A stretch of DNA of 64,000 nt from Marsupella aquatica (taxonomy: Eukaryota > Plantae > Marchantiophyta): contig OZ316891.1 in NCBI GenBank assembly GCA_973895155.1, forward strand, positions 10,107,875 through 10,171,874. The letters run 5' to 3'. The translations under genes were made by a program, and so were the position numbers. The notes below the pieces were generated by a model that worked only from the letters and a program-made list of their open reading frames with translations, was not told the origin of the DNA and did no database searches. Of the stretch, positions 50,134-63,868 are shown in pieces (within the stretch, counting starts at the first letter, position 1; each line of letters starts with the position of its first letter).

Positions 50134-50504
50134 TGGTAGAGAGACTAATACTGAGATTGCCTACCCCATTGATCAACATTGCCGATCAGGGGCAGTCGTG
50201 ATTCCATGTCAAAGAAACTAGGCCCTGAGCCAATGGCACTATTCTACCAAGCCTTACACCACCTTCCCCTCCATTGTGTTCAAAGCAAACTTTGGTGGAT
50301 GCAGACACTAAAATGAGTGAATAATATTCTAAAGAAAGTTGCTTTTGGTGCAACTTTTGTAGAAGTAGAGAAAAAGAAATCACTAAACTTCTCTAACCAT
50401 GCATGAGTGTTGTCATTCTTTAAAATACTTTTAATTACTTTGTCATTAAAGATATTTCAATTGACAATGATGCCACAATTTTTTTGTAATTAAAAATATG
50501 CCAC

Positions 50505-50862
50505 GAGTTTATGTATGGACTGCAAGTGCACCAACGTAAGCAAAATAAACACATACGAGAACTTATGTATGGACTGCAACTGCACCAAAGGGAGCAAAAT
50601 AAACACATACAAAAACTTATGTATGGACTGCAAGTGCACCAACGTAAGCAAAATAAACATATACAAAAACTCTTACATCTTCCTAAATATAATAAAAACA
50701 CTGACAATATTTTCAATTAGAATATCTTTAGTGTGAATTTTATGTATGGACTGCAAGTGCAACATGGTAAGCAAAATAAACATATACAAAAACTCTGACA
50801 TCTTCCTAAATATACTAAAAAAACTAACAATATTGTCAATTATAACATCTTTAGTGTGAATG
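50505..50862 (+). repeat. Tandem repeat: three 54-bp units plus a nested ~120-bp duplication
   Basis: ttatgtatggactgcaagtgcaccaacgtaagcaaaataaaca repeated four times. Confidence 0.9.
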
Positions 50863-51539
50863 TAGGTCAAAGTTGTTCTTTAAAATAACCTTGCATGCCC
50901 TAGAAAAATCTAGATGTTCATCCTAGTCTTACAGTGATATGTTATTGACTGTTGCATAGTATTTGATAGGATTGAGTATGAAAAATTCAGCATATGTCAA
51001 ATAAAAGTACATGTAGCATAATGACTAGAAATTTAATACAAGTGCACAAGTTTTAAAAAGTTGTGCACTTAAGGTACAAATTTCACTTGCCTTAATGACA
51101 CTCAAATAAATAAAATTTGTGTACAGAAGATACTCTCTTGCCTAAAATTGTGTACCTTCATGCCTAAAACTGTGCAGGAAGGTAGAGAAGATCTTCTCTT
51201 GCCTTAGATAATGACAATAAAAACTATAAGCTTAGCAAATAAAAATATGAGGAGAATTTAAAGTAGTACACATATCAAAATATAAATTCTCTGTCATGCA
51301 TTAGAATGGGCAGAAATTCCATAAAATTTGCTAAAAGAGATGAAGTAACTATATTGAAAACTAAATGTAATGGGGAAAGAGAGCTCTAGCATAGCAAGAT
51401 AAACAACATTTAAGAGGGGTACCAAAATAATTTGAAATCTAAATCATACGAGTGATGCACCCTATTATGGCATTGCACATTGAAGTAAAATTACATTGAA
51501 AGGTGTATTGTCCATACAGTCAAAATATATACACAAAGA

Positions 51540-51663
51540 GACTCGGATTCAATCCTTCAGCAGCTACGTTTACAAGGTTTCGATGTAGATTGCATCATCC
51601 GGACTCGAATTCAATACTCCAGCAGCTACGTTTACGAGGTTTCGATGTAGATTGCATCATCCG
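51540..51663 (+). repeat. Tandem duplication of ~62 bp upstream of ORC2
   Basis: gactcg.attcaat.ct.cagcagctacgtttac.aggtttcgatgtagattgcatcatcc occurs twice. Confidence 0.9.
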
Positions 51664-51719
51664 AGGAACAACAGTGAAAATCTGGAAGAAGAGATGGCAG
51701 ATCTGCAAGGCCCAGACAT

Positions 51720-51728
51720 TTTCCCGCC
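51720..51728 (+). promoter_or_regulatory. E2F-binding element in the ORC2 promoter
   Basis: TTTCCCGCC matches the TTTSSCGS consensus and lies upstream of a replication-licensing gene. Confidence 0.65.
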
Positions 51729-52780
51729 AAATCGAAACACTGTCATATTCGATTCGTCTCGACTCTGCTTGTGCAAAACTCCTTAGTTGCCCCTCTGCTT
51801 TGTTGGATCTTGGCTAGTATTGAAGAATGAGACATTTGCGCATTTGCCACTGGAGCTCGATTGACGCTCCCTCGCTGTGCCAGGATTGCTCATTCCGGGT
51901 ATATTTCTTCGTCATGGCCGTCATTCTTTCTCTTGGAAAGCACATTCAGAAGTCCGAACAGCGCTAGTGATCCTCTCTCTTTCACAAGGAAAGAGCGCTT
52001 TCTTTTGGTTTTGTAACGGCAAGAGACAAAACTTCGTTATTGACTAGTTCTCCTGCTTTCTGTACTTAGCAGGTTCATCATCGGAATCCGAAGGCTGAGA
52101 AGAAGAATTCCAATCTCCAGACTACCATTTAGTGGGCTGGACTGCGGCTGAATTCCACCGCATTCGCAGCCTGCTTGGATTCATTCGTCGACTTTCATCG
52201 ACAATCCTCAACCTGGTTGGACAGAAATGTATCTCTGAGCCCATCATGCTGCTGCCAAGACGAGCCAGGAAATAATGTGCTTCCTGAGTCTAAACGTTTC
52301 CGTGGACTTCTCGAGGTCATCCTCTTGGTGCTCCGCTTTTGGGCTGCGAAAATTTGCGCAAAATGCACAATCTCGTAGGCAGCTTGCTTTATTCAAACTA
52401 GCTGCATCCGCCTCCAGAAGGGGAATTTTCAGCTTCCAAATGGACTACAAAGAAAATCTTTTTCTCCCCTTCGATTTATTGCCCCTTTAATTGCCTCAGA
52501 CCCCAGCCCATGTAATATTTCTTTACATGTGGCGCTTGTTTAGGGTTTGAGGGCTTCTTCAATAAAAGATTTCAAAATGCAATAAAACATGTCTATATTT
52601 GGTACAAGGCCAATTTTCTAGATGTTGGAGGATGTGTATATCTTCTTCGCTTGGATCTCAGACAACCCTCTGGACTCACTAAATTAGTTCCGACCCTTCT
52701 CCAGTAATGCAGTGTGTACTGTAATCTTAGGTATTTCGTCTGTGTCCTTGTGGCAGGTCAGGGACAACCTTAGTGTGAAA

Positions 52781-54783
52781 ATGCATAAGAGATCGACTGG
52801 CTCGACTGCTGTATGGCCCGACAACGATCTCGTAGGCGAGCTGGAGAAGCTGCCTCCGAAGCACAAGGAGGAGCAGGCAGCTCTGCTGGCGAGCTACAGG
52901 GAACATTACAGTCATTGGCATTTTCAGCTTAAGTAATAACTGAACCCTTCTCCTAAACCCATTTGGACATCTACTGCATCACCTATTACACACTTTGATC
53001 GGAATTTGAACTGAATTGGAAACCGTTGCTCTCTTATTTACGCAGGTGTGGGTTTGGTCTGTTGCTGTATGGGTTTGGGTCCAAAAAGGCCCTGCTGGAG
53101 GACTTTGCGTCATCGGCCCTCACTGATGGTCCAGCAGTGGTCGTCAATGGCTATCTTCCGACCGTAAAAGTCAAGCATGTATGTAGTATAGGATCTACAA
53201 TTGCTAATTCCAATTCCTTTTAAATTTCAGCTTACACGGATTTGGAGAAAGGATTTCTTGACTTGTGCATGCCCAGATAGTTCTCAAATTAAACCTCTTT
53301 ACGAATTCAATTTCCCTTAGACATTTCAAATTTTTCATACATTTCAGTTTCTGTTGCATTGTGCTTTTTAGGAATCCTCGAGTTCATAATTGAGGCTCAC
53401 GAGAGTTTCGGATGCTAATGAGTCTGCAACAATTGACCGAGAACTGGGTCAATCTTTGGGCAGGTAGTGTTCACGATTGCAAATGCTTTATGGGAAAGCA
53501 ATGCTGCTGCGAACGGAGGCTCCGCCAAGCGGAAGAAAATCCATGCCGGTCAACCTTTGAGTTCACAGAGTTTGGAAGATCTTCTCGTCTTTCTCCAGGG
53601 CCAATCTGAGAGTGAATTTGTGTATGTTCTGGTTCATAATATCGATGGACCAGGTGTTCGTGATGATGACATCCAACGTACACTAGCTGTTGTAGCAGCC
53701 TGCCCATGTGTTCGTTTTGTGGCATCAGTCGACAATGTGAACGCGCCTCTGTGTATGCTCCCTTCCTTGATAACTTAGAGACGAGATCTCTACGGAAATT
53801 GTAATTCATTAAAGTTTTGCATGAATGAATTTTATGATATGTGCGAGTTCATCTCTTGTGTGCTTCGGCAGTTCCCCTTTGCAATTATCAGTTGCTGCTG
53901 TCTCATTGACCTATTAGTCAGAACGCCAATTGTTTCTGTATTACCAGCTCACACCTCGGCCTCAGTTGGCTATTCAATCAGGAAGCCGCGGTATTGAGTG
54001 GTTCTGTTGCTGATCTGACCGTCTGGGCTTTGCCCTATACATGTTGTAACATCCAAAGCCTGACAGTTTTAAATCTTTGGTTTGAAGTATGGGACAAGCA
54101 GATGGCCAATGCTAAATTCAATTGGTGGTGGCATCACACTCCCACTTATTCTCATTATTCTCTTGAAGGGACTTACCTGCCGATACTATTAACAACTAGC
54201 GGCTCATTGGAGAGCGCCAGGAGTGCTGGGCTGGTCCTCAAAAGCTTAACGCCCAATGCTCAAAGCGTTTTTAAAACGTTAGCCGAATATCAACTTGCTC
54301 ATCCTGATGAAAGCGGTATTTACTTTAGCTCACATGACATCCTCTTTGCCTTTAATTATGTTAAATTGCACTTCACCTCTTTATTAATGTGTAGCACATG
54401 CTAGTTTGCTTTCCGAGCTCAGCTGACGTTGTTCCTTTGTCTGAACTTCTTGTGCCTTTTCTCGTGTCACTCATTTTGTTTTAGTTGCGTCGAACCAATT
54501 GAAAGCCAGACTTTCTAATAGTCGTTTCACATAATGTAGATTGCGTGCAATGTCTCACAACTTGTGCGTGTGATATACAGGATTGCCATTGCATCAACTA
54601 TACACGTCTTGCCGTGACCAATTTCTGGTGAGCAGTGAACTCACTCTTAGAGCACATTTGACAGAGTTCAAGGACCACGAGCTAGTTCGCTGGAGAAGAG
54701 GATCAGATGGTCAGGATTGCCTTCATATTCCATTGACAATAGATGCACTGACGAAACTTCTTCAAGATGTGTTTCCCTCGTAG
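52781..54783 (+). CDS. ORC2: Origin recognition complex subunit 2; exons ~52781-52932, 53046-53178, 53464-53752, 54088-54316, 54581-54783
   Basis: [74 protein letters not shown] and [14 protein letters not shown]; start codon tentative. Confidence 0.93.
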
Positions 54784-55370
54784 CCGTTCAATCATGAATA
54801 AGATCATGAGTCTCAATGGATAAGGCAAGATTCACCTAGTCGTCTTATCCGCTCTATTTGATTTCGTCGTTGTAAGATGTTGATGGCTGTCCATGTCATT
54901 TTATTATTGTTTGACTGAAACCACTTATAGTTACGGCAGCGGGGAAAATTTGGAACATTGAAGGGTACGGCAGATGTTTCAGAGTTTTAATACCTTACAC
55001 ATGCTTTTCCATTACAGTAGAAAATGGGGACGATTAAGTCAAACTAAACAGATGTTCACGAACCAAGCACTACCGAACGATAGTTGACTTCTCTTTTTAG
55101 AGTCTTTTATCATCAATCATCATTGGCATCTTGATATACAATCTAGAGCCCACTGTAGTCCTGAGAGGAAATATACATACTACCAAGCTAGAGTCAGGAA
55201 GGCTCTACTTTGATGAATCTCCAGAACAACCTTTGCCGCGCCGCGAGCTCTACCTCACTTCACAGTATTTCTATTCTTCACCTTCTGTTAATATCCGAGT
55301 CCTGCAAAACTTACTTCTATCCCGCTTGACTTGAGGGCTTTCACTTGTAACACAGGACTTGAAGATACAC

Positions 55371-57242
55371 TCAAGCGAGAAGCTCAAAAGAATTCAGAAC
55401 TTGATGTAAGGCGTCATTGAGTCCTTGTGATGCTGGAGCCACTGGACCATCCGTAAAAATAATGTTTAGGATGTATAACTTGTAACCAGCTATAGTTACT
55501 GATGTGAGAACTCTTTTGCTGCCTCTGGTTGTGTCGAGTGTATACTCCAATGAGTAGAGTGGGATATTGTCCCTTAGTTTCCTCTCAAGCACCGTGATAA
55601 TTTGTACATCCTTTGTACTAGGCTGCAACGACACGATTCACAATCTTAGTCTTTTTCCAACAATCTTTGCAATGACAGGATTTGGATCACCCATGCTTAT
55701 GAACTCTAAGGCTATCGGAGATCTAAATTGGATACCTTGTCTTGCTCGGCCTTGACAAGCTTCTTGACGATATCATCTACTGTACCAAAACCATCCAAAG
55801 ATGCAATGCGCACAGGAGCCACTGTCACTCCTATGTTGTTGCTTCTTGATGTGGGATCCTCAAAGAATATCGATGCACCTGGCTTGTCCACCTTCATCAC
55901 CCAGCCATCGCAAAGAAATGTTATTAACATTCCAAACCTCAGTAGCTCACATTGGTCTGTAAGGCCCATTCACTCTCTCGCGTCACTTGCTTACGTTAAG
56001 GTTGAGATTATACTTGCACAGGTTGTGATACAGGGAGCAAGGAGGAACCGGGGAATGCTACCCACTCACCTTGTTCCATGGAGCGGGACGCATCATTGTG
56101 AAACCATCCCTGCTGTCGCTGTAAAGCTCCAGGGGAACGTCCTTTATTGTATCTGCACACTGGGTCGACAGCTCTATCAGCGATTCCCTAAGTACCAAAT
56201 TTCTACGAAGCAAAATTCACACTTGCGATAGAGTCACATCACGTTACAAGCATAGTTCCTCTCCACAAAAAAAATTCAGGAAAGAGCTATTACTCAAACT
56301 TTCGTGTCACCATTGTTAAGGTCTGTTCATACGTGCTGTTAGGTCCAACATCACTCAAAACTCACAAAAAGTCCTCGCACTGCCATTGCTTTTCATCGAA
56401 TATTCTAATTTTTTTCCTAACATATACCCTCTTTATGGCATACTTTTGTCCCTTGCAGATACTGAGGATCGGGGGAATTTTTACTCATTGATTCTACAAT
56501 CGAATTCCCAAATTCTTCTCTCGGGCCGATTCATTACATGAAATTGCCCAATTTTTCCTGGAACCCATGTTACCCCACAACAGCTCTGTCTCAAACGTTT
56601 GTTCAAGGCTTTAAGTCTACTGAAGAGTTACTTTCTTTGCCTAATCCACTTAGCTATTTCCAGTTTCTTACTTGTAGCATTTTTGTCTTCAACTTTCTGC
56701 TGCCCAAACTGGGGATGTAGACTTTTCAAATCCATTCAATCTACACAATAGAATCTAAATCGCAGCATCATCCCCTCCAATGGCAAATACCAGGTAAACC
56801 CAGAAGGCTTCCTACAGGACAATCATCAACCGCTTCAATCACAACACGAAAATAACTCACCCTCGGCTGGAGCAGCAGCAGCAGCTGGTTCAACTGAAGT
56901 CCACGATGAATCGCAAGCACAGGAGAGAAAAAATGAAGACGCTATGAATTCTCGTCGTCCGCCTGACGAGCCCTCCTCTGTCCTCTCCAGTGCGAATCCC
57001 CCGGCTGGAAACATTCCTCTCTCAGGGCCATCCGAATCTGAACAACCAGAGAGAGATGGCATCTCTTGCAAATGCTGTTCTTGGAGGCTGGTTTCCTTGG
57101 ATAACCTCACACCCACGGGGCCCGGTTGTCTGGCAGCTATCCTGACTCCAAAAGGAGCCTGGTAGGCCAGTGTCCTCGAGACAGTGCCCCTCCATGCCGT
57201 GTCAATCGACGCAATGCTTCCAAAACTGCTTATCGTCGCCAT
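55371..57242 (-). CDS. PPD2: PsbP domain-containing protein 2 (thylakoid lumen); four exons ~57242-56861, 56154-56071, 55891-55736, 55622-55371
   Basis: Transit peptide with twin-Arg RRE and AxA; LYSDSRDGFTM..W.KVDKPGA..FED..SNNIGVTVAPVRI.SL..FG, and LEYTLDTTRGSKRV..KLYILNI..LHQVLNSF, matching PPD2 as recalled. Confidence 0.88.
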
Positions 57243-58289
57243 AGAGAAAGAAATCAGCACCTCTGGGAGCTCAGTCTGTGTGGTATTTCGGACAGCGGAC
57301 GACCAGTAATAAAGCGAGCTCTCCCTCCACGCAGTGATACGCCCTCTCACGCCATAACCATGCCCATGGTCCAAGCTCCCGTGCAAGAATGTGTGTCAAC
57401 AGGCTCACTTCTGCTGAATTTCGAGACACTCGTCCCTAATCTTTCCCTTGTGTTTCTCCTCTATTGTTTGTACGTGCTCCTCCTTGTGCACCATAGATTT
57501 GTTCTTCCAGCATTGATCTTTCCCCCTCTTCCGTCCCAAGCCCTCAAGCTTTTGAAATTCGAATGGGACTAGAAAAGCAATTTGGCCGAGGACGAGAGTG
57601 ATTCCACTTCTGGGTGTTGGAGGTGAGGCAGTTTTGATGGATGGGAAGTGCTCCCAAAAAGCTTACTCCCACTCCCACTCCCACTCCCAGGAGGCGGGAA
57701 TAAAGATGAAGAGTAGAGTTGAATACACCTCCAGGGGGTAGTTTTTTAGGCTTTCTCTTTTATTCCGGGTGGCCAATGTGAGCCTTCCAGGGAGAACATG
57801 CTGAGAATATTCCTTATCTAATTTTGCTAGGTTAGTTTTTGACCATTAGATCTCCCTAGATTTAAGAAGACTAGCCCCGACTACCCGTTCTTTGAACATG
57901 AATAGAGGAGATGACACCGTTCTTTGAAGATTAAAACAACCATCATGCCTGGCCCATCATTTTAACAATCATACATATCACAACATACTCTTTTCTATGC
58001 ACATAAATCATGGTGGGACCCTAGAGTCACGGTCTGGAGGCTTCACTCTAGAAGCCTAGACCTTAACTCTAGCTTCCCGTCGCACTTTATATATAAGATA
58101 TAAAAGAAAATGGCTAGTGAGGTTCTTGGCTAGGTGTGAAACTTGCTAATTAGAAGCAAAACGAGAATTGAATACTTGTCATTTAGGAGGAATTTGGTGA
58201 ATTTTTGCAACTTAACAAAAAAATCTGCATCTCATTGTGGTGTAGAGGGAGGGCTAGGCATTGATGTATTCAAGGGTCATGTTAGGGGA

Positions 58290-58560
58290 GGTTGGTTGGC
58301 TTTGACTTGAGGTACACCTTGGGTCTGGGCCATCTAGGCATGCCAGTTCATTAGCACCGATGGTGCTATCATTGTCACCCCAGGATGATAGACCGTAGCT
58401 TGATAACCACGGTTGATCTCAAGGAGCTAGTGGGTGTTTTATGAAGCACCCAATTGGGGCTGCGAGGGGAGTTGTTAGAGCTGGACAGCGGGTTGGGGTC
58501 AGGGCAAGACAATTGGTACGAGCATGTGAAGTATCTCATTAGGTGGAATCCAGGTGTGAT
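58290..58560 (+). mobile_element. Possible decayed gypsy integrase/chromodomain fragment
   Basis: Weak HP..D..T...N-like segment and EHVKYLIRW. Confidence 0.3.
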
Positions 58561-60564
58561 ATGGCACCTGTTCCCCATGACTGGAAGTGGGAGTGTCACG
58601 GGGAGTGTCAGGCTTCCACTACCTGCTTCTACATCATGCAAGGTACACACTTTCTGAAGGGGAAAAGGGAATTCTAGTGGCTTGATTTGGAGCCCTGCTG
58701 GGCAAGGAGGTGCAAGATGGGACATGATCCAACGGAGCAACTCACAATCAACCCAGAAGAGGGAGTGAGCAGTGTCAAAGTTCATGGGTTAAGGTGGGAC
58801 TGGGTGAACTGATGGAACCCTCTGGCTGGCCCCAATCAGTCCCCCCCCCCCCCACCCCCAATGCAAACAGAGGTGAGCCCAGCCTGTACCTGACCTCAGA
58901 TTTGCAACTCAATGCTCTCTCAACTCAATGCCTTTCAAGATTTTTCCCTTTGTATCTTTCAGGGCATTCTGGAGCATAACACCTGGTCAAGATTTGGATC
59001 ACCTCTTTAGAAAAGACTCTCCACAACGGTTACTAATGTTAGAGAAAACATAGTATGCCTTTTAAGTCCTGTTTGTGGAGCATTATGGGCAATAATTGTT
59101 CCTCAAAACTCAAGCTCTCAATTTTTTGGGGGCATAATATCCCATAATGCCCTCTAAACAGGACTCCAATGTATACGGAATATATTCAAACTGTCAACAA
59201 AGAAAAAGAGCTATAAAGGGAGATATGATCCCAAAGGTAGGGAATCAATGTACGATAGCCACATGTAGAATAAAATCTATTTTGTACTTGGACCACACGC
59301 AACAAATCCTACTATAGATTTTGCCTCAGGGATACCCGTCCCTGCTTTGTCACTAAATGCTCCTCGATTCCCCCCACACACCCAGGCACACACCCATTCG
59401 GAAGACTCCCCCCATTTTTGAGTCCTAGTTCAGTTGCAGGCCAGGACCGCTTTTGGTCCCCTTGCTGCCCTTTCCCATCACGTGCCTGGACTGCTCTTAA
59501 AACTTTCCATTACCTCTAACAGGGTTTTAGGACAATCTAACCCAAAACTCAATTTGAGGGAAACTTGATTCTCTCCTGTATCAGGTGCAAAGATACTCTG
59601 CATGCACATTCCACACGGCAGCCAGAATGAAAAGTGATGGCCAGAGAAACTGTGCATTTAGATTTTAAAAATAGAACAGGGCAAATCAACCCTAGGGGGT
59701 TAGTCTTAGCAGTCACCTCAAATCTATGATGGAGGTGCAAAAACCATCGAGCATAGCAAAGGGCATAATTTGGATTCATTGAGAAATCATTTTCCGGTGC
59801 ACGCTATTACATTCATTTGGCAGGGCCAAGGAATCATTTTATGGTGCATGCAATAGGATTCATCTGGCAGGAAGAAGGGATGATTTTCTGTTGCATGCAC
59901 AAGGATACGTTCATAGTAGTACAAGGCCGGTTACTCATTCCACTCCTACTCGTTGCAGTACATTTTGTACACAAATGTCAGGTTTTTTTTAGTTCTCTGG
60001 ACTTATCAATTTCAGATTTCAGTGGCAATGCCTTTTACATTCATTATGATAGTGATTCCAGCTGTCACACACTTCACAGATGCTATGTTCACACTTGGTA
60101 AGAAATAAACCTAGCTAACTCCTTGAATGTCAAGAGTAACTTTGCATCGTTCCTTCACATTCTTTGAATGTGACGAGTAACTTTGCATAATAGAAGAGAA
60201 TGACTTAGTAACTGCTTACAAATGTTTCTGAATGAAAAATGTAACTTGGCATACTCAACAAGAATGACTAAATTATCTGTCAAGTGAATGTCAGTGAATG
60301 AGAAAAATAAGCATGTTGAATGAGGACGATGGAATGTGAATGAGTGAGAACATAAACTATTTAAGGTACAGAATGAGACTGATTGACTGTCAGTGAATGA
60401 GAATAAAATTGCATATTGAATGAGGACGATTGATATCATGGCACATAAACTAAGAATAAAGAATGAAGTGACCGAATAAAAATCTTGAAGTGAAATTGTG
60501 TGTACTTAGTGAATGAGAATGCTTTATTTGTTTATGTTGTTTGGCTTCCAAAAATTACTCATTG

Positions 60565-60760
60565 CACTAGTAGAAAAGAGGGTTGATTATGACCCGACTA
60601 CTTAGGACTCAGGTGACCCCAATTATTTTCTATGACTCCAAATAGAATGGAGTATGTCATTACAACACTCCCTTAAATAATGACTAATGCCAGAGGAGTA
60701 AAGCTAAGTCAACAAGAATGACTTCAATCATTCATTTCTATGACTCAAGGTTTCTTGCCA
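60565..60760 (+). mobile_element. CACTA (En/Spm)-like terminus with subterminal repeats
   Basis: CACTAGTAGAAAA followed by repeated TATGAC(T/C)C motifs; partner end not found. Confidence 0.55.
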
Positions 60761-61707
60761 GGTTCTTGATTTGGATGACATTTGTGCATGTAGCTCTCAT
60801 AGTCCTAGATACAGATAAGCAATAAAGAGAAGTGAGGTGGCATCTAGGAGGGGCAAGGTGGCACCTAGGAAGGGCAATGTAGCATTCATTGGTTTTCTAA
60901 CCATTGAGTTGCGACCAAGTGTTGGGCTTCAAGGAAGTGAGCTTTGAGATTGAAGTTTGGAGAAACATAGAATAGAAGAAGAGAAGATGATTGTGGAAAG
61001 AGTATTGTGGAGTTGAAAGGGTATTTTGGAGTGGAAGAGTAGTGTGGAGAGAAAAGGGGAATTGTGAGAATGATTCATTGTTGAGTTGCTCTCTATATTT
61101 TTTGTGAGGGTTTGAGGGTGGAGAGCAATGGAGTCTGATGTCACGTTAGGAGAGGGAGAATAGAAGATGATGGGAGTGTAGAGAAGAGCCATAGCTCCTT
61201 TCTTATAGTGGCCTGATTGTAGAGAGAAAAGGGGAATTGTGAGAATGACTCCTTGTACAGTAGGGTGTCTCAAAGCAGCTCATTTCTGGAGGTACCAGGG
61301 ACATGACCTTCAGCAAATTGGGCTGTCAGCGAATTAAAAGTTGCCTCGCACAGTATGCGTCAGCGCCCTACAGGGATTGTCTGCGCGGATGCAAAATTCA
61401 TCAGCGCCCAGTTGATCCATGGGTACGTGTTGAAACCCGTCTCAAAGCAAAAATTCTTTGGATTAAGTACGTCTGAAAGTGGGTTTCAGGTCAGACATAG
61501 ATTTCTCAGAGCGGCTCAAGAAGAAGCAAACTGGAGCAGCAAGTTTGAGAATCCCTAATAGATTGGAGCACACCACCGAAGATCTGAGCGAGAGTGCAGG
61601 AGTAGTCTTGCTTGCCTTATGCATCAGTACCGAGGATCTGAGTAGATGAAGCAAAAAAATCTATATTGATTTTAGATATATATAAGCCAAAATTGGCAGT
61701 CAGCCTT

Positions 61708-61779
61708 GCCTCCGTAGCATAGTGGTATTGCGTTCCCTTCGTAAGGGAAAGGTCGAGAGTTCGATCCTCTCCGTGGGCT
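61708..61779 (+). tRNA. tRNA-Thr (anticodon CGT)
   Basis: 72-nt cloverleaf: anticodon arm TTCCC-TTCGTAA-GGGAA, T arm GAGAG-TTCGATC-CTCTC, D loop TAGTGGT; one acceptor-stem mismatch. Confidence 0.9.
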
Positions 61780-62032
61780 CTTCCTTTGCAATTAAGTATT
61801 TAAATTTGGATACTTTTTACTGGTTGCGAAGGGACTTTCTTCTCTTTCCGTTACATTCCTAGTAAAAGGCGATACGATTAAGTATGTAGGATTCTTCACG
61901 TTCGTCGGTGATGTGATCCCTTACGACGTACACTTTCTTCATATTCCTCTGGGTGGAGCTGAATCTAGGGAGAGACGAGCTCATTTTCGTTTTGGGTGCC
62001 GAACATATTTTCTGCGGGTGGGTTACTTCGAA

Positions 62033-62231
62033 CTTTTTGGAGAGTGTCCGCAGGACATTTGATCTCACCAGGTTTTGGCGACAAATCAGCATGTATCAAG
62101 TTCAGATTTAAGCCATACAACCTAGAGAAAAAGGAAATTTTTGGAGAGTGTCCGCAGGCCATTTGATCTCAACAGGCTTTGGCGAAAAATCAGGACGTAT
62201 CAAATTCAGATTTAAGCCATACAACCTAGAG
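62033..62231 (+). repeat. Tandem duplication of ~104 bp
   Basis: tttttggagagtgtccgcagg.catttgatctc...gatttaagccatacaacctagag occurs twice. Confidence 0.9.
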
Positions 62232-63426
62232 TGGATGGAATTGAACATACGCATAAGCAGGGGATTGCACACAACTGACCTCACTAATAACTAGATTTCC
62301 AGTGGATTTCATGTGCTAAATTTATCATCAATGGACCGTCTAATTCACCTATATTTGGGCTAAATCCTTTGCTCGAAGTCATTCTTCAGTACTGCAAGCA
62401 AAAGGCACAATTTAAGACACGCCTCAGTCAAACCCTGTTTCCCAACCAGTTCACTCATTCCGAATAGATTTACCACACCAGGAATCAAACCCATCGGAAT
62501 AACTCGGAAACCTAGTCAATACACAGGTCATCAGATCCTTGGTTGTCAGATCATTCACATGTGTGATTGAGACTGAATAACTTAGGTCAATGGTAAGATT
62601 TCCATGCTGACCGGACTTTCGATCTGCAGTTCTCAGCTTCTCTCTCCCTCAGAAGGTCGAATCTTGCAAGAACATGCAGATGAAATCCCCAGGTTATCGA
62701 GTCCGATTAACTGGCAAGCTTGCAAATCAAGTGTTCAGAATCTTCCTGCTTGCGTTGTTCAAACAACCGTGTGCTGCCAGCTTTCAGATAAGCAACGAGA
62801 CGTAGGTCATGGATGCGGGTGGCCATTGCAAAACCCAAGATCACGTAAACCTACAACTACGCTTGCCTCTAAAAGTCACGACACCACCATTTGAGCTGAG
62901 CATTCTTCAACCAGGTGCATGCCTGGCTCTGTTGCTGTATTAAAGCAGACGAGCTTTAAGGTGCGCATAAGGATCACAGAAAACCATCACACTGGGATTC
63001 GACGTTATCGCAGCTAGTTGGAGAATAGAGGACTCTTCAGTGACAACCCCAGTGCACCAACCAGGAATTTGTCAACTTACCCTCATGAAAAGTTTAGTCC
63101 AGAGCAGAGAATCAACGTAATCGGAAGATCAGTATTACAAGAAATACTGCTACTGTTCTGATTCAGTGCAAGGGAGTTAACCTTCTAATGTTTGCCCCAA
63201 AATGAATATGTAAAAATATTGCACAATCTCAAGATCAACCTTATGGCAGCACTAGGCATATTCAAAGGAATGAGGCTTATGCTGCAATAAATATTCCTAT
63301 CCTTATGGTACATTACTGTAACCCCGGGTGACATCAGACCGAGTCAAGAGTACCAAACATGAGAGTAATTTTGTTGACCATTGACAAGGAATGTTACAAT
63401 GAGTTAGAGCACCTGTCAATTACTTC

Positions 63427-63868
63427 TTAGAGAGTCCAACCTTGTTCAAGAAAGTTGACCACAAATATTATGATCTGTTGTGCACCGTCGTTCACAGCTC
63501 CCAGCAGAAGCTCCCAGAAATAAAGATCCACGGCTAAGGCTGCAGAGAGGAATAAGAGAGCCATTGTTTGATACCTATTCAGAGGCCACCCTGAAACTTT
63601 GGCCAAAGTACCAAGAATGTCACCAAGGGCGTCTTGTTGGATTTCTCTTCTTCTTTTGATGGACCATGCTGTCCGCCATTGTATGTCTGCTGGGTAAAGT
63701 CCAAATTCTCTACGAAGACGACTATCCATGTCAGGCAGGTGGCCACTCCCATAGAAAACAGCTACTTTGTTGCAGCCTTCGTGTAGAGCTTGATGGAGTT
63801 CATCCATGGCTACTCGGTTACGCTCTCCTATTATTACTGAATTTTCGACCAGGGAAGAGGCACCGTCT
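63427..63868 (-). CDS. Terminal exon of a conserved uncharacterised plant protein; gene continues beyond the window
   Basis: SVIIGERN..A..EL..AL..G..KVAVFYGSGHLPDM..RL..EFGL and a C-terminal hydrophobic helix (GWPLNRYQT.ALL..S..LAVDL.FWE); acceptor TTGACAG upstream. Confidence 0.75.

Noticed and set aside
50505-50736. Cys-rich repeat ORF (MDCKCTNVSK..) resembling metallothionein
   Set aside because: All frames of a 54-bp tandem DNA repeat are open; no independent evidence of coding.
59640-59900. Possible Mutator SWIM-domain relic (HAI.FIW twice)
   Set aside because: Too short and degenerate to support without a profile search.
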